The notes: generated by a model from the sequence alone, not told the origin. Shown: positions 38,051-48,592, counted from the stretch's first letter. The stretch: 64,000 nt of DNA from an uncultured Alphaproteobacteria bacterium (GCA_963774995.1 CAVZHJ010000002.1:61663-125662); one strand, 5' to 3'. A program made the numbers and translations.

Positions 38051-39790
38051 TCACCGCTTCACCCGCTGCGCCACCTTGGCCAGCGGCGAGGTGATGTCGG
38101 CGAAGGTGATATCGGTGAGCGAGGTGACGACATCGATCACCGCCGGCTTGCGCGCGGCCATTGCGGCCTTGATCGCGGGACCGAGTCCTTGCGGATCCGA
38201 GACCCGCTCGGCATGGCAGCCCATCGCGCGCGCGATGCTGGCGAAATCGAAGTCGTTGAATTTTGCAGCAAAACCAGTGCCGCCATGCAGCACCCAGCCG
38301 AGTGCCGCGTTGTTGAAGACGACCACGATGATCGGAATGTCCTCCTCGATCGCCGTCAAAAGCCCGTTCATCGACATCGCAAAGCCGCCGTCGCCGCACA
38401 CTGCGACCACGGTGCGATCCGGATAGACCAGCTTTGCGCCGAGTGCCGCGGGCAATGCAAACCCCATCGGGCCGGAGCCCGCGGCCTGCATGAAGCCTTC
38501 CTCGCGCTGGGTCTGATAGAGATGCGTCATCAGGATGCGGTTCTCGCCGGCGTCGCAGGTCACGATCGAGTCCACCGGCAGGTGGCGCCGCAGTTCGCCG
38601 ATGATCCGCTGCGGATGGATCGGCGAGGTCGAGGCATTGTAGGCCTCCTGATCGAAGTAGCCGGTTTCCCTGCGCTGCTTTGCCACGCGCGCGATGCCGG
38701 CCTTGCCGCGCTCGGCGTCCTTGCCGGTCACCTCCCGAAGCTGCTTCAGGATCATCCCGGCATCGCCGATCAGCACGTGCTCGGCCGGAAACGTCCATGA
38801 CGCATTCTTCTGTTCGATATCGATCTGGATGAACGTCTGCCGCGACGGATCAAGCAACTCGGGATTTTCGCGCGCCGTATCGGACGCGCCGAGTTTCGAG
38901 CCGACCACCAGCACAAGGTCGGCGGCGCCGACGACAGCATTTGCGGTCGCAATTCCGAACGTTCCGTAGACGCCGAGCGCGAGATCATGCGTTTCCGGAA
39001 ATGTGCCCTTGCCGCCGGCGCTGGTGGCAACAGGAATACCGAGCGCTTCCGACAGCGCCCGCAGCTCCTTGTAAGCATGCGCAATGCGGACGCCGTTGCC
39101 GGCGATGATCACCGGGCGTTGCGCCGTCTTGAGCGCCTCCGCGGCGCGCGCGATGGCCGCGGGATCGGCGGCGGATGGCTGCGGCGGCATGTACAGTTGG
39201 GTCGGATAGAGCGTCGGCACGGTGTCGGGACCGACCTTGCCGTTCAACGCCGCGAACGAGAACAGCACCGCGACCGGCCCCTTCTGACCCGACATCGCAT
39301 GCTTGATGGCGTATTGGGTCGCTTGCACCGCTTGCGCTGGATCAAGCGCCTGGAACACCTGCTTGGTCACGCCGCCGAAGGCGCGTCGCGCATCCCATCC
39401 ACCGTAGTCGCCTGCGCCGGACTGATAAGGCGCGTGCAGTGCGAGATTTGGCGGATCGGAGAAATCGGTCAGCAGCAGCATCGGCGACGACGACAGATGC
39501 GCCTCCAGCGTGCCGAGCAGGCCGTTGCCAAGCACCCAAGGTCCCTGCCCGATCAGCACGCCGGGCAGTCCGCGCAACCGGCCATAGACTTCCGCCATCA
39601 CGCCGCCGAGCAACTCTTCGCGCACCAGCACGGTGCGGATGGCGTTCTGCTGCTTCTCCAGCCCCCTGAAAATCCGCCCGGTATGTCCGCCGGAAATGCC
39701 GAACACCATGTCGATCCCGGCATCGCTGAGCACGCGGGCAACCACGTCGCCGGCGTTGGTCTCCTCCGTCACAAGGTGCTGAACGGGCAT
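38051..39790 (-). CDS. Thiamine pyrophosphate-dependent enzyme (acetolactate synthase-like superfamily)
   Basis: VFGISGG, VREE, GQGP, GPMGFALPAALGAKL, TPP motif GDGG...NN. Confidence 0.92.
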   Translation of the reverse strand: MPVQHLVTEETNAGDVVARVLSDAGIDMVFGISGGHTGRIFRGLEKQQNAIRTVLVREELLGGVMAEVYGRLRGLPGVLIGQGPWVLGNGLLGTLEAHLSSSPMLLLTDFSDPPNLALHAPYQSGAGDYGGWDARRAFGGVTKQVFQALDPAQAVQATQYAIKHAMSGQKGPVAVLFSFAALNGKVGPDTVPTLYPTQLYMPPQPSAADPAAIARAAEALKTAQRPVIIAGNGVRIAHAYKELRALSEALGIPVATSAGGKGTFPETHDLALGVYGTFGIATANAVVGAADLVLVVGSKLGASDTARENPELLDPSRQTFIQIDIEQKNASWTFPAEHVLIGDAGMILKQLREVTGKDAERGKAGIARVAKQRRETGYFDQEAYNASTSPIHPQRIIGELRRHLPVDSIVTCDAGENRILMTHLYQTQREEGFMQAAGSGPMGFALPAALGAKLVYPDRTVVAVCGDGGFAMSMNGLLTAIEEDIPIIVVVFNNAALGWVLHGGTGFAAKFNDFDFASIARAMGCHAERVSDPQGLGPAIKAAMAARKPAVIDVVTSLTDITFADITSPLAKVAQRVKR

Positions 39791-39955
39791 CGGTACGTCC
39801 TCCCTGGCAGCGGAGCTTTTGGCGCTCCGTCGCGTCCACTATCGCAATGCTCGCAAGCAGCCGACAAGTGCAAACGACGGACGCTGCCTTGCGCTGGGGA
39901 CGGCCGATGGCTCGATACCTGAAATTTTTGGCCTGAGGGGCTGCTGATTCAGCGC

Positions 39956-41830
39956 CTAGTACGGGGTCGTCGACGCCAACCGCGTCTGGGCCGCAAGCCG
40001 GATCGGGGCATTTGCGGCGCCGAAGCCCGCATAGCCTCGTCTCTCGACGATTTCGAAGAACAGACCGCTCTCAAGCGCTGTCGTGTAGACTTGGAAATAT
40101 TCCGTCTCGCCATCCCGATCGTAGAGAATGTTGTTGGCGCGCAGGCGTTCGATCTGCGGCGCATCGAGATCGAGCCGGACTTCAACGTCACTGTAGTAGT
40201 TTTCCGGAATCGGAAGAAGATCGACGCCCTTGCGTTTGAGCGCCGCCACCGTCGCAAAAATATCGGTGGTGCCGAATGCAATGTGCTGGACCCCGGATCC
40301 AAAGCGCTCATTCAGGAAACGCGACGATTGGGTTTGCTGGCTCTGCGACGCATTGAGGACGAGCCGAAGCCTTCCGTCCGCCGTCTCGACAACCTGGCTT
40401 TGAACGATTCCGCCGGGATCGAGCACCGATTGCACGGGGGTCTTGCGGACATCGAATAGCGAAACATAGAACAGAAGCCACGTCAGCATCTCCTCGTAGT
40501 GCATGGACTGCGAGATGTGATCGACCGTCGCCAGTCCCGCTTCCGGCTGGTCGCAGGCAACCGGTTCGAAATCGATATCCCACAAGCGGTCGAGACCGCT
40601 CGCGTGGTCGATGAAATACAGCAGGCTGCCGCCGAGGCCGCGCACCGCCGGAACGTTCATCTCGCCCGGACCGACCGGCTGCTGAAACGGCTGATCGAGA
40701 AGCGTCAGCGCCCGCTGGACTGCCCTCTGTGCGTCGTCGACCCGAAGCGCCAAGGCGCAGACAGACAGCCCGTGCACTATATTGAACGAGTGGGCGAAGC
40801 CTTCGTTTTCCGCATTGATGACGATATTGATGTCGCCCTGCCGCCATCGCGTCACGGCCTTGGAACGGTGCCGGCCGGCCTTCCGGAAGCCCAGCTTGGC
40901 GAGGGTTTGCTCAAGCGACAATCTGGCGCGCTCATCAGTTGCGAACTCGATGAATTCGACACCTGAACAAGCAGCTTTTGGCGGCAAGGTCGGCAGTCCG
41001 GCCGCGGCACTCCTTGTTCTGCGGCGGAGATCGTCGAGCATGACGATCAGCGAACGTTGACCGTCGATGGCAACGCTGCGCGCGGAACCAGCCCGAAAGC
41101 GATCGTTGAAAATTTCCAGCGAGAGCAGACCGTCAAAGCCCGTTTCGTCCAGCGCCAGCATGAAGTCGGCGATCGGCAGATCGCCCTGTCCGGGAAAACA
41201 GCGGTAGTGCCGGCTCCACGACAGGTAGTCCATCTCCAGCCTGGGAGCGTCGGCCATCTGAACAAGGAAAATGCGGTCCGGCGGAATGGCTTTGATGCCC
41301 GACAGGTCGGTCCCGCGCGCGAGCACATGAAAGGAATCCAGCACGAGGCCGAGCGCCTTGTGATCGGCTCGCCGCACGATTTCCCAGGAATCCCGGTAGT
41401 CATGCACGTGCCTCCCCCACGACAGCGCTTCAAAGCCGACGCGCAGGCCGCGACGTGCGGCTCGTTCGGCAAGTTCTCGCAAGTCGGCCGCTGCCCGATC
41501 GATGCCGCCGAGGGACTCCGGCGAAACATTGCTGCAAACCATCAACAGATCGCAGCCGAGTTCCTCCATGACGTCGAACTTGCGCTCGGCCCTTGCGAAT
41601 GCCTTCGCGCGCAGCGGCTCCGGCAGACCCTCGAAGTCGCGGAATGGCTGAAACGTGACCGTCTCAAGGCCTGCACCTTCGATCAGGCGCCGGGCATCGC
41701 GCGGAGTGCCGTTAAATGACAGGAGATCATTCTCGAATATCTCGATGCCCTTGAATCGTGCACCGGCGATCGCTTCAACTTTCTCAGGCAAAGCGCCGCT
41801 CAAGCAGACTGTCGCAATCGCCGTACGCAT
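39956..41830 (-). CDS. quiC: 3-dehydroshikimate dehydratase QuiC (xylose-isomerase-like TIM barrel + HPPD-like domain)
   Basis: IATVCLSG, EIFEND, FQPFRDFEG, FEALSWG, VQMADAP, SLEIFND; C-terminal GVQHIAF, FFEIVERRG-GFGA-NA. Confidence 0.9.
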   Translation of the reverse strand: MRTAIATVCLSGALPEKVEAIAGARFKGIEIFENDLLSFNGTPRDARRLIEGAGLETVTFQPFRDFEGLPEPLRAKAFARAERKFDVMEELGCDLLMVCSNVSPESLGGIDRAAADLRELAERAARRGLRVGFEALSWGRHVHDYRDSWEIVRRADHKALGLVLDSFHVLARGTDLSGIKAIPPDRIFLVQMADAPRLEMDYLSWSRHYRCFPGQGDLPIADFMLALDETGFDGLLSLEIFNDRFRAGSARSVAIDGQRSLIVMLDDLRRRTRSAAAGLPTLPPKAACSGVEFIEFATDERARLSLEQTLAKLGFRKAGRHRSKAVTRWRQGDINIVINAENEGFAHSFNIVHGLSVCALALRVDDAQRAVQRALTLLDQPFQQPVGPGEMNVPAVRGLGGSLLYFIDHASGLDRLWDIDFEPVACDQPEAGLATVDHISQSMHYEEMLTWLLFYVSLFDVRKTPVQSVLDPGGIVQSQVVETADGRLRLVLNASQSQQTQSSRFLNERFGSGVQHIAFGTTDIFATVAALKRKGVDLLPIPENYYSDVEVRLDLDAPQIERLRANNILYDRDGETEYFQVYTTALESGLFFEIVERRGYAGFGAANAPIRLAAQTRLASTTPY

Positions 41831-41884
41831 GCTCGCTGCTCACTTTTCTGCCAGGTGTTGAAGACCTGCCAGTTGTTTTCGCGA

Positions 41885-42559
41885 CTATCGAATTGTTCCG
41901 GTCGCAAGCGCGTGCTCGACGCCACCTGCGACGTGGCGGCTCAGCACCTTGGTTGCGGTCGCGGCATCGCGCCTCATCGCGCATTCCAGCAACAAGGCAT
42001 GCTCGCGCGCCGCGACGTCGCCACGGTAACTCAAGGCCAGCATCTGGTAGCGCAGATACTTGTCGAACACGGCCGCATGGGTCTCGACCAGCATTTTCGA
42101 GCCGCAAGCCGAGATCAACGCCTGGTGGAATTGCCAGTCATACTGTTTCCATTGCTCGGTGCAGGACGTATCCCCCTCCGCCATACGCGCTTCCATACGG
42201 GCCAATCTGTGGTGGGCGGCGACGACGCGCCCCTCCCACTCCATGTCGCCGCTGCGAAACGACTGTTCGAGAGCATGGCACTCGAGCATCTGCCGAAGCG
42301 CCGCAATTTCCCGCAGGTTCGTTGCGGAAACCGGAGCTACCTCGAAACCTTTCTGCCCTTCGGCCAGAACCAGTCGCTCGGACGAGAGGCGGTTCAGGAT
42401 CTCGCGCAAGGTGCTGACGCTTGGTCCGTAGTCGGACTTCAGATTGTCGAGCTTCAGCTTTCGCCCGGGCGGCAGGCGACCAAATACAATGTCGGAGCGA
42501 ATCCTGCGATACGCTCGCTCGCCGACCGACACCAGTTCCGCGACTGTCTCATCGTTCAT
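41885..42559 (-). CDS. GntR/FCD transcriptional regulator (paralog 2)
   Basis: AY--IR-DI-FG-L-PG, SVSTLRE-L-RL, QKGFEV; FCD FH--L...EH. Confidence 0.92.
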   Translation of the reverse strand: MNDETVAELVSVGERAYRRIRSDIVFGRLPPGRKLKLDNLKSDYGPSVSTLREILNRLSSERLVLAEGQKGFEVAPVSATNLREIAALRQMLECHALEQSFRSGDMEWEGRVVAAHHRLARMEARMAEGDTSCTEQWKQYDWQFHQALISACGSKMLVETHAAVFDKYLRYQMLALSYRGDVAAREHALLLECAMRRDAATATKVLSRHVAGGVEHALATGTIR

Positions 42560-43224
42560 CGCAGCCGCGCTTCGTCAAGGGTGTGGGCCACGCAGTCATT
42601 GACATGGCGCGTGAGCACCTCGCACGCCTGCGCCGGATCGCGCGTGAGCGCGCAGTCGCGCAGCAGCCTGTGCTCCTCGGCGGCGAGTGCACCGCGAAAG
42701 ACCACTGCGACGATCTGATAGCGAAGGTAATGATCGAAAACGCCGTCATAGAGATCGAGAAGCGTCTGCGAACCGCAAACCTCGACGAGCACCCGATGGA
42801 ATTCGCGGTCGTAGCGCTTCCATTGTTCAGTCTGGTCTCGCTCGCCGGCGAGCATGCGGCGCTCCATGTGCGCGAGCTTGTGATAGGCGGCGACGACGCG
42901 GCTTTCCCACTCCAGATCGCCCGCGGCGAACGACATCGGCAGCGCGTATTTCTCCAGCAGCAGCCGCATCGCGGCGACGTCCTTAAAACCTTCGGCCGAG
43001 ACCGGCGCGACCTGAAAGCCGCGCTGCCCCTCCGCGATCACAAAACCTTCTGACGACAGCCGGCTGAGGATCTCCCGCAAGGTGCTGACACTGGTCGCAT
43101 AGGCAACCGCGAGCCGATCGAGCCCAAGCTTTGATCCGGGCGACAGCCGCCCGAAAATAATGTCCGACCGGATATCGCCATAAGCGCGGTCAGCAATGGA
43201 AGTCGCGACGAGTTCGATGCCCAT
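42556..43224 (-). CDS. GntR/FCD transcriptional regulator (paralog 1)
   Basis: Same motifs; ATGA-coupled to paralog 2. Confidence 0.92.
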   Translation of the reverse strand: MGIELVATSIADRAYGDIRSDIIFGRLSPGSKLGLDRLAVAYATSVSTLREILSRLSSEGFVIAEGQRGFQVAPVSAEGFKDVAAMRLLLEKYALPMSFAAGDLEWESRVVAAYHKLAHMERRMLAGERDQTEQWKRYDREFHRVLVEVCGSQTLLDLYDGVFDHYLRYQIVAVVFRGALAAEEHRLLRDCALTRDPAQACEVLTRHVNDCVAHTLDEARLR

Positions 43225-43250
43225 GCAAATCACCTGAGGAAACATAAATT

Positions 43251-43303
43251 ATCATATGATCTAAAAAGTCTCTATTGATTCTTCCAACCTCCGAGCCAAT
43301 AGT
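43251..43303 (+). promoter_or_regulatory. Palindrome plus sigma70-like promoter upstream of dctP
   Basis: Perfect palindrome atcatatgat 43251-43260; TTGATT 43275-43280, 17 bp, AATAGT 43298-43303. Confidence 0.4.
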
Positions 43304-43353
43304 GACGACAAATCCGCGCTTACAGCGGTGTTTTCAGGCTCAGGGAGGAAAAA

Positions 43354-44355
43354 ATGAAGGCTCAGATCGATCGGCGGCAATTGATGGTGGGGGGCGCAGC
43401 CCTCCTTGGCGTTGGCTCGGGCGTTGGTTCACTCGGACCGGCCGCGGCTCAAGCGCCGGCCGCGCTACGCTTTTCAGCAGTGTTTCCCGAGCAAGACACC
43501 CGCGCTGAAATGATGAAGCGGTTCGCCGAGGACATTAAGGCGGACTTCGCCCTCCAGCCCTACTACGGCGGAACGCTGTTCAAGCAGGGCACCGAGCTGG
43601 TGGCCCTGCAGCGCGGCAATCTGGAGATGGGCAACATCGCGCCGCAGGACATCTCCAACCAGATCCCTGCGTGGTCGATCGTTGACGTCGGCTTATCTCT
43701 TCCGCGATGCCGATCATCTGGCAAAGGTGTTTGCCAGCGAGGTCGGACAACAGCTCAAGAAGATGGCCGAGGACCAGCTCGGCATCCGCATCCTCGGTCC
43801 GACCTATTTCGGCGTCCGCCACGTCGGGCTGAAGCCGAAAAAGAAGATCAGCACGCCCGCGGACCTTGCGGGCATCAAGCTCCGCATGCCGGCGGGCGAC
43901 GCGTGGCAATTCCTGGGGCAGGCGCTCGGCGCAAACCCGACGCCGATGGCTTATGCCGAGGTCTATACCGGACTGCAGAGCGGCGCGATCGACGGCCAGG
44001 ACAATCCGCTGCCGAACGTCCAGAACATGAAGTTCTACGAGGTCTTGTCGCAGATCGTCCTGACGTCGCATCTCGTCGGCTTCGACCTGCTGACCGTCTC
44101 GAACAAGGTCTGGAACGCGATGACCCCGCCGAAGCAGGCGGCTTTCCAGGCAGCGGCGGACAAGGCCATCGCCTGGAGCACGCAGCAGCACCTGAAGAAG
44201 GAAGGCGAGCTTGCGGACTTCTTCAAGGCCAGGGACTGGACGTCTATGCGCCCGACGTCGAGGCCTTCCGCGAGTTCGCGCAGAAGAAATATCTCACGTC
44301 CGATCTCGCCAAGAGCTGGCCCGCCGGCATGATCGACAAGATCAACGCCCTGTAG
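43354..44355 (+). CDS. dctP: TRAP substrate-binding protein DctP (apparent frameshifts near 43681 and 44230)
   Basis: Tat-like signal; DLAGIKLRMP, PTPMAYAEVYTGLQSGAIDGQDNP in the alternative frame; two compensating indels. Confidence 0.88.
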   Translation: MKAQIDRRQLMVGGAALLGVGSGVGSLGPAAAQAPAALRFSAVFPEQDTRAEMMKRFAEDIKADFALQPYYGGTLFKQGTELVALQRGNLEMGNIAPQDISNQIPAWSIVDVGLSLPRCRSSGKGVCQRGRTTAQEDGRGPARHPHPRSDLFRRPPRRAEAEKEDQHARGPCGHQAPHAGGRRVAIPGAGARRKPDADGLCRGLYRTAERRDRRPGQSAAERPEHEVLRGLVADRPDVASRRLRPADRLEQGLERDDPAEAGGFPGSGGQGHRLEHAAAPEEGRRACGLLQGQGLDVYAPDVEAFREFAQKKYLTSDLAKSWPAGMIDKINAL

Positions 44356-44428
44356 CGCACGGGGAGCGGCGCGATTTTTCCCGTCGCCGCTCAACCCTGC
44401 CCAATTTCGGCCCAGAGGCTTATGCCCC

Positions 44429-44947
44429 ATGTCTCTTGCTGCCTCATCGTGGGCATCCTGGCTCGCTCGCCGCGCGGAAAATGTCGCCGCCGCAATGCTC
44501 GGCGTGATGTTTGCGGCCTTCATCGTCCAGATCTTCTTCCGCTACGTCATGAACTTTCCGGTCGGCTGGACGCAGGAGCTCAGCGCCATCCTCTGGCTCT
44601 GGCTGGTGCTGTGGGGCGCCGCCTTCGTCGTCCGTGAGCGCGAAGAGATCCGCTTCGACATCATCTATGGCGGGGTCGGTCCAGGCGCGCGCCGGGTGAT
44701 GTGCATCGTCACCGCCGTCGCACTGATCGTGCTCTATGTCGTCTCGCTGCCGGCCGTGGCTGACTACGTGACCTTCATGAAGGTCGAGAAGACCGCCTAT
44801 CTCAAGATCCGCTTCGACTGGCTCTATTCGATCTATGTCGTCTTCGCCGTCGCCACGATTTGTCGCTACCTCTGGCTTGGCTGGCGGGCGATGCGCGGGG
44901 TGGCCCCGGAAGAGTTCGATCCGACCAAGGCGGGCTCCGGCGTATGA
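44429..44947 (+). CDS. dctQ: TRAP small permease DctQ
   Basis: 4 TM; QIFFRY, WTQEL, EEIRFD. Confidence 0.9.
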   Translation: MSLAASSWASWLARRAENVAAAMLGVMFAAFIVQIFFRYVMNFPVGWTQELSAILWLWLVLWGAAFVVREREEIRFDIIYGGVGPGARRVMCIVTAVALIVLYVVSLPAVADYVTFMKVEKTAYLKIRFDWLYSIYVVFAVATICRYLWLGWRAMRGVAPEEFDPTKAGSGV

Positions 44948-46248
44948 ACCTCGCAAGCCCGTTCTCGCTCTCGCTGGTCATCATAACGGCTCTCGCCTTC
45001 CTCGGCTTGCCGATCGGCCATTCGATGATCGCCGGCTCGATCCTGTATCTGTTGCTCGCCGGCCAGGACATGGGAACCGTCGCCGAGCAGTTCCTCAACG
45101 GCATGTACACCAACTACGTCATTCTCGCCGTGCCGCTGTTCATCCTCGCCGCCGAGTTCATGAATATCGGCAGCATGACCGATCGGCTGCTGACGTTCTG
45201 CAACGCGCTGGTCGGCCGCTTTCGCGGCGGCCTGGCGCAGGTCAACATCCTGCAGAGCATCATCTTCGCCGGCATGTCCGGCTCGGCGATCGCCGATGCC
45301 GCGGGCAGCGGACGCATGATGCAGACGATGATGACCCGCGGCGGGCGCTACACGCGCGAGCTACGCCGCGGCCCTGACGGCGGTTTCCTCGGTGATCGGC
45401 CCGATCATCCCGCCGTCGATCCCGATGGTGCTCTACGCGCTGATCTCCGATGCCTCGATCGGCTATCTGTTTCTCGGCGGCGTCATTCCGGGCCTGCTGA
45501 TGGCGCTGGGCCAGATGGTGATCGTCGCGCATCACCGCGAAGCGCAGGAATTTTCCGGTCGAGGCGCCGGTGCCGCTGCGCGAACTTCCGCGGATCACGT
45601 GGCAGGCCTTGCCGTCGCTGATGATGCCGGTCGTGCTGCTCGGCGGCATCTATGGCGGCGTGACGACGCCGACCGAGGCCGCGGCGGTTGCCGCCGCCTA
45701 TGCTCTGCTCATCTCGGCGGTGCTCTATCGCAGCGTCAGCCTGAAGAACTTCTACGACTCGCTGGCGGTCAGCGCGCGCACGACCGCCTCGATCGGCATG
45801 CTGATCGCCGGCGCGCTGGTGTTCAACTACGTGGTGACGGTCGAGAATATTCCCGAGGCCCTGAAGGGCATCCTGGCCGGATGGGAATTGTCGTCCGACG
45901 ACCTTCCTGATCCTCGTCAACGTGGTGCTGCTGCTGCTCGGCTGCGTGCTCGAGGGCACGACGATCCTCCTGATCATCGTGCCGGTCTTCATTCCGACCG
46001 CGCAGGCGCTGGGCATCGACCTGGTGCATTTCGGCGTGGTCGTGGTGGTCAACATCATGATCGGCCTGATCACGCCGCCCTACGGGCTGTTGCTGTTCAT
46101 CATGTCCAACATCTCGGGCGCGCCGCTGCGCGACATCGTCCGCGAGTGCCTGCCGTTCCTGTTGGCGATGATCGTGGCGCTCGCGATCATCACCTTCGTT
46201 CCCGAAACGGTGCTCTGGCTGCCGCGGCTCCTGGGCTACCAGGGATGA
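44944..46248 (+). CDS. dctM: TRAP large permease DctM (several apparent frameshifts)
   Basis: [44 protein letters not shown] spread over successive frames. Confidence 0.88.
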
Positions 46249-46268
46249 TCCACGTGGAAGGAACGCAG

Positions 46269-46725
46269 ATGACGAAGCCGATCTACGTCCTCAACGGCCC
46301 GAACCTCAATCGCCTCGGCACGCGCGAGCCGGAGATCTACGGCACGACCACCTTGCGGAGATCGAGGCGATGTGCCGCGAGGCCAGCCCGGACCGTCCGA
46401 TCGTGTTCCGGCAGTCCAACCGCGAATACGAGCTCATCGAGTGGATTCACGAGGCGATCGATCAGGGCAGCGCGATCATCATCAATCCGGCGGCCTTCAC
46501 CTTCACGTCGATGGCGATCCTGGATGCGCTTGAAGATGTTTCCGGGTCCGATCATCGAGCTGCACATCTCCAACATCCACAGGCGCGAGCCGATCTATCA
46601 CAAGTCCTATATGTCGGCTGTCGCGACCGCGATCATTGCCGGCCTCGGCCCGAACGGCTATCCAACTGCCGTCAGGGCTGATTTCCGCTCTTGTCGACGC
46701 AACATCCGGCCAGCAGAAAGGCTGA
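46269..46725 (+). CDS. aroQ: Type II 3-dehydroquinate dehydratase (apparent frameshifts)
   Basis: [43 protein letters not shown]; indels near 46351, 46530, 46679. Confidence 0.88.
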
Positions 46726-46734
46726 TGATCGACA

Positions 46735-47598
46735 ATGGTGCACGGGCGCCAACCAGCAGGCCGCTCCGTCCTTGCTGGCCTCATTGGTTCCGGCATCGCG
46801 GCCTCGCGAACGCCGCGCCTGCACGAGTGCGAAGGCGCCGAGCAGGGCCTGCACTATATGTACAGGCTCATCGATCTCGATGTGTTGGGTCTCGACAGCA
46901 ACGCGCTTCCCGAAATCCTGATTGCCGCGCAACGGTTTGGATTTGCGGGCTTGAACGTGACGCATCCGTGCAAGCAGACGGTGATCGCGTTTCTCGACGA
47001 GCTGTCACCGGAGGCAGCGACGCTCGGCGCAGTCAACACCGTTGTCTTTAAGGATGGCCGCCGCCTCGGCCACAATACGGATCGCTCGGGCTTCGAGGCG
47101 AGCTTCCAACGTGAACTATCCGACGTTAGCCGCGCGCGCGTCGTCCAGTTCGGCGCCGGCGGCGGGGGCGCGGCGGTCGCCTACGCGCTCTTGAGCCTCG
47201 GCGCAGGCGAGCTGTCGATCATCGACACCGAGCAGGCCCGTGCCGAAAGCCTGGTCAAGGCCATGTGCGAGCGATTTGGACCTTCACGTGCACGCGCGAA
47301 CCCCGAACTCGCCGCAGCGATGGCCGCAGCCGATGGCGTCGTCAATGCGACCCCTCTCGGCATGACGCGCTATCCGGGTTCGCCGGTTCCCGCGACATTG
47401 CTTCGACCGGAGTTGTGGGTCGCCGATATCGTGTACTTCCCGCTGGAAACCGAGCTGCTGCGTCAGGCGCGCGCGCGCGGCTGCCGAACCATGTCAGGCG
47501 GCGGCATGGCCGTGTTCCAGGCGGCCGATGCCTTCCGTCTTTTCACCGGCCAGGAGCCCGACTGCGAGCGCATGCTGAAACACTTCGCAAGCATGTGA
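46735..47598 (+). CDS. aroE: Shikimate/quinate dehydrogenase
   Basis: GLIGSGIAASRTP, NVTHPCKQ, GAVNT, GHNTD, GAGGGG, NATPLGM; start uncertain. Confidence 0.92.
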   Translation: MVHGRQPAGRSVLAGLIGSGIAASRTPRLHECEGAEQGLHYMYRLIDLDVLGLDSNALPEILIAAQRFGFAGLNVTHPCKQTVIAFLDELSPEAATLGAVNTVVFKDGRRLGHNTDRSGFEASFQRELSDVSRARVVQFGAGGGGAAVAYALLSLGAGELSIIDTEQARAESLVKAMCERFGPSRARANPELAAAMAAADGVVNATPLGMTRYPGSPVPATLLRPELWVADIVYFPLETELLRQARARGCRTMSGGGMAVFQAADAFRLFTGQEPDCERMLKHFASM

Positions 47599-47657
47599 AG
47601 GTCGATGCTGCGCGCCCGATGGGCGACGCAGCGTACCGTCTGTCGTCACCGAGAGGA

Positions 47658-48416
47658 TCAGATGCTCGTGGTGGTTATCCCGCCATCCACGGCCATGACC
47701 TGTGAGGTCACGAATCCGGCATCGTCGCTGGCCAGGAAGCAAATGGCCTTGGCGATATCATCGACGGTGCCGAGCCGGCCGAGCGGCGTGCGCGCTACAC
47801 GTCGCGCATCCAGCTCCGCATTGCGGTTGCGCATCGTGCCTTCAGTGGGCACGGCGGATGGCGCGACCGCATTGACCCGGATGTTGCGCGCCCCAAGCTC
47901 CGCCGCAGCCGCACGCGTGATGCCCATCACGCCGGCCTTGAGGCCGCTGTAGACAATGCTGTTCCTGGCCGACGTAAATCCCGCGATCGAAGCCACATTG
48001 ACGATCGCGCCGCCGCGCACAGGATCCATCGCCTCGGCTGCGGCCTGAATTCCCCAGACGACCGCCTTGAAACCGATATCAAGCATGCGCTCCATGGTAT
48101 CGGGTGCGATGTCCGATACGGACTGGTAGCGCACCCAGGCGGCGTTGTTGACAAGGATGTCGAACCGCCCCTGATCCTTTGCAAAGCCGAGCACCGCGCT
48201 GCGGATACCGTCGCGGCTGGCAACGTTCTGCGTCACGGCGATCGCCTTGCCGCCCGCAGCCGTGATTTCCGCGACGACGCTGTCGACGAACTCCACCTTC
48301 AGGTCGTTGACCCCGACGGTCGCGCCGAGCGATGCCATGCGAAGCGCCGTCGCCCGCCCGATGCCATGTCCGGAACCCGTGATGAGCGCTGCGCGGCCTT
48401 CCAGAAGTCTGGTCAT
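47658..48416 (-). CDS. Short-chain dehydrogenase/reductase
   Basis: TGSGHGIG, LVNNA, YSGLK, IRVNAVAP, TPLGRLG. Confidence 0.93.
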   Translation of the reverse strand: MTRLLEGRAALITGSGHGIGRATALRMASLGATVGVNDLKVEFVDSVVAEITAAGGKAIAVTQNVASRDGIRSAVLGFAKDQGRFDILVNNAAWVRYQSVSDIAPDTMERMLDIGFKAVVWGIQAAAEAMDPVRGGAIVNVASIAGFTSARNSIVYSGLKAGVMGITRAAAAELGARNIRVNAVAPSAVPTEGTMRNRNAELDARRVARTPLGRLGTVDDIAKAICFLASDDAGFVTSQVMAVDGGITTTSI

Positions 48417-48592
48417 TTTGAGCAACCTTCTTGTTGTTGCAACCGCGGGGATTGATATCGCCCCGCCGTGGACGCCAATTTTGCCATAAATCCGATCAAT
48501 GCCGCAGTGTGAAATGAGCCTCAAGAACGTTCTGGACAGTTGATAAAGTGGTCGGATTTCCTATTGTCCGCCCCGAATCAAAAGGAGGCCCT

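Noticed and set aside
46269-47598. aroQ/aroE as housekeeping shikimate-pathway genes
   Set aside because: They follow a TRAP transporter and are linked to quiC, which points to catabolism
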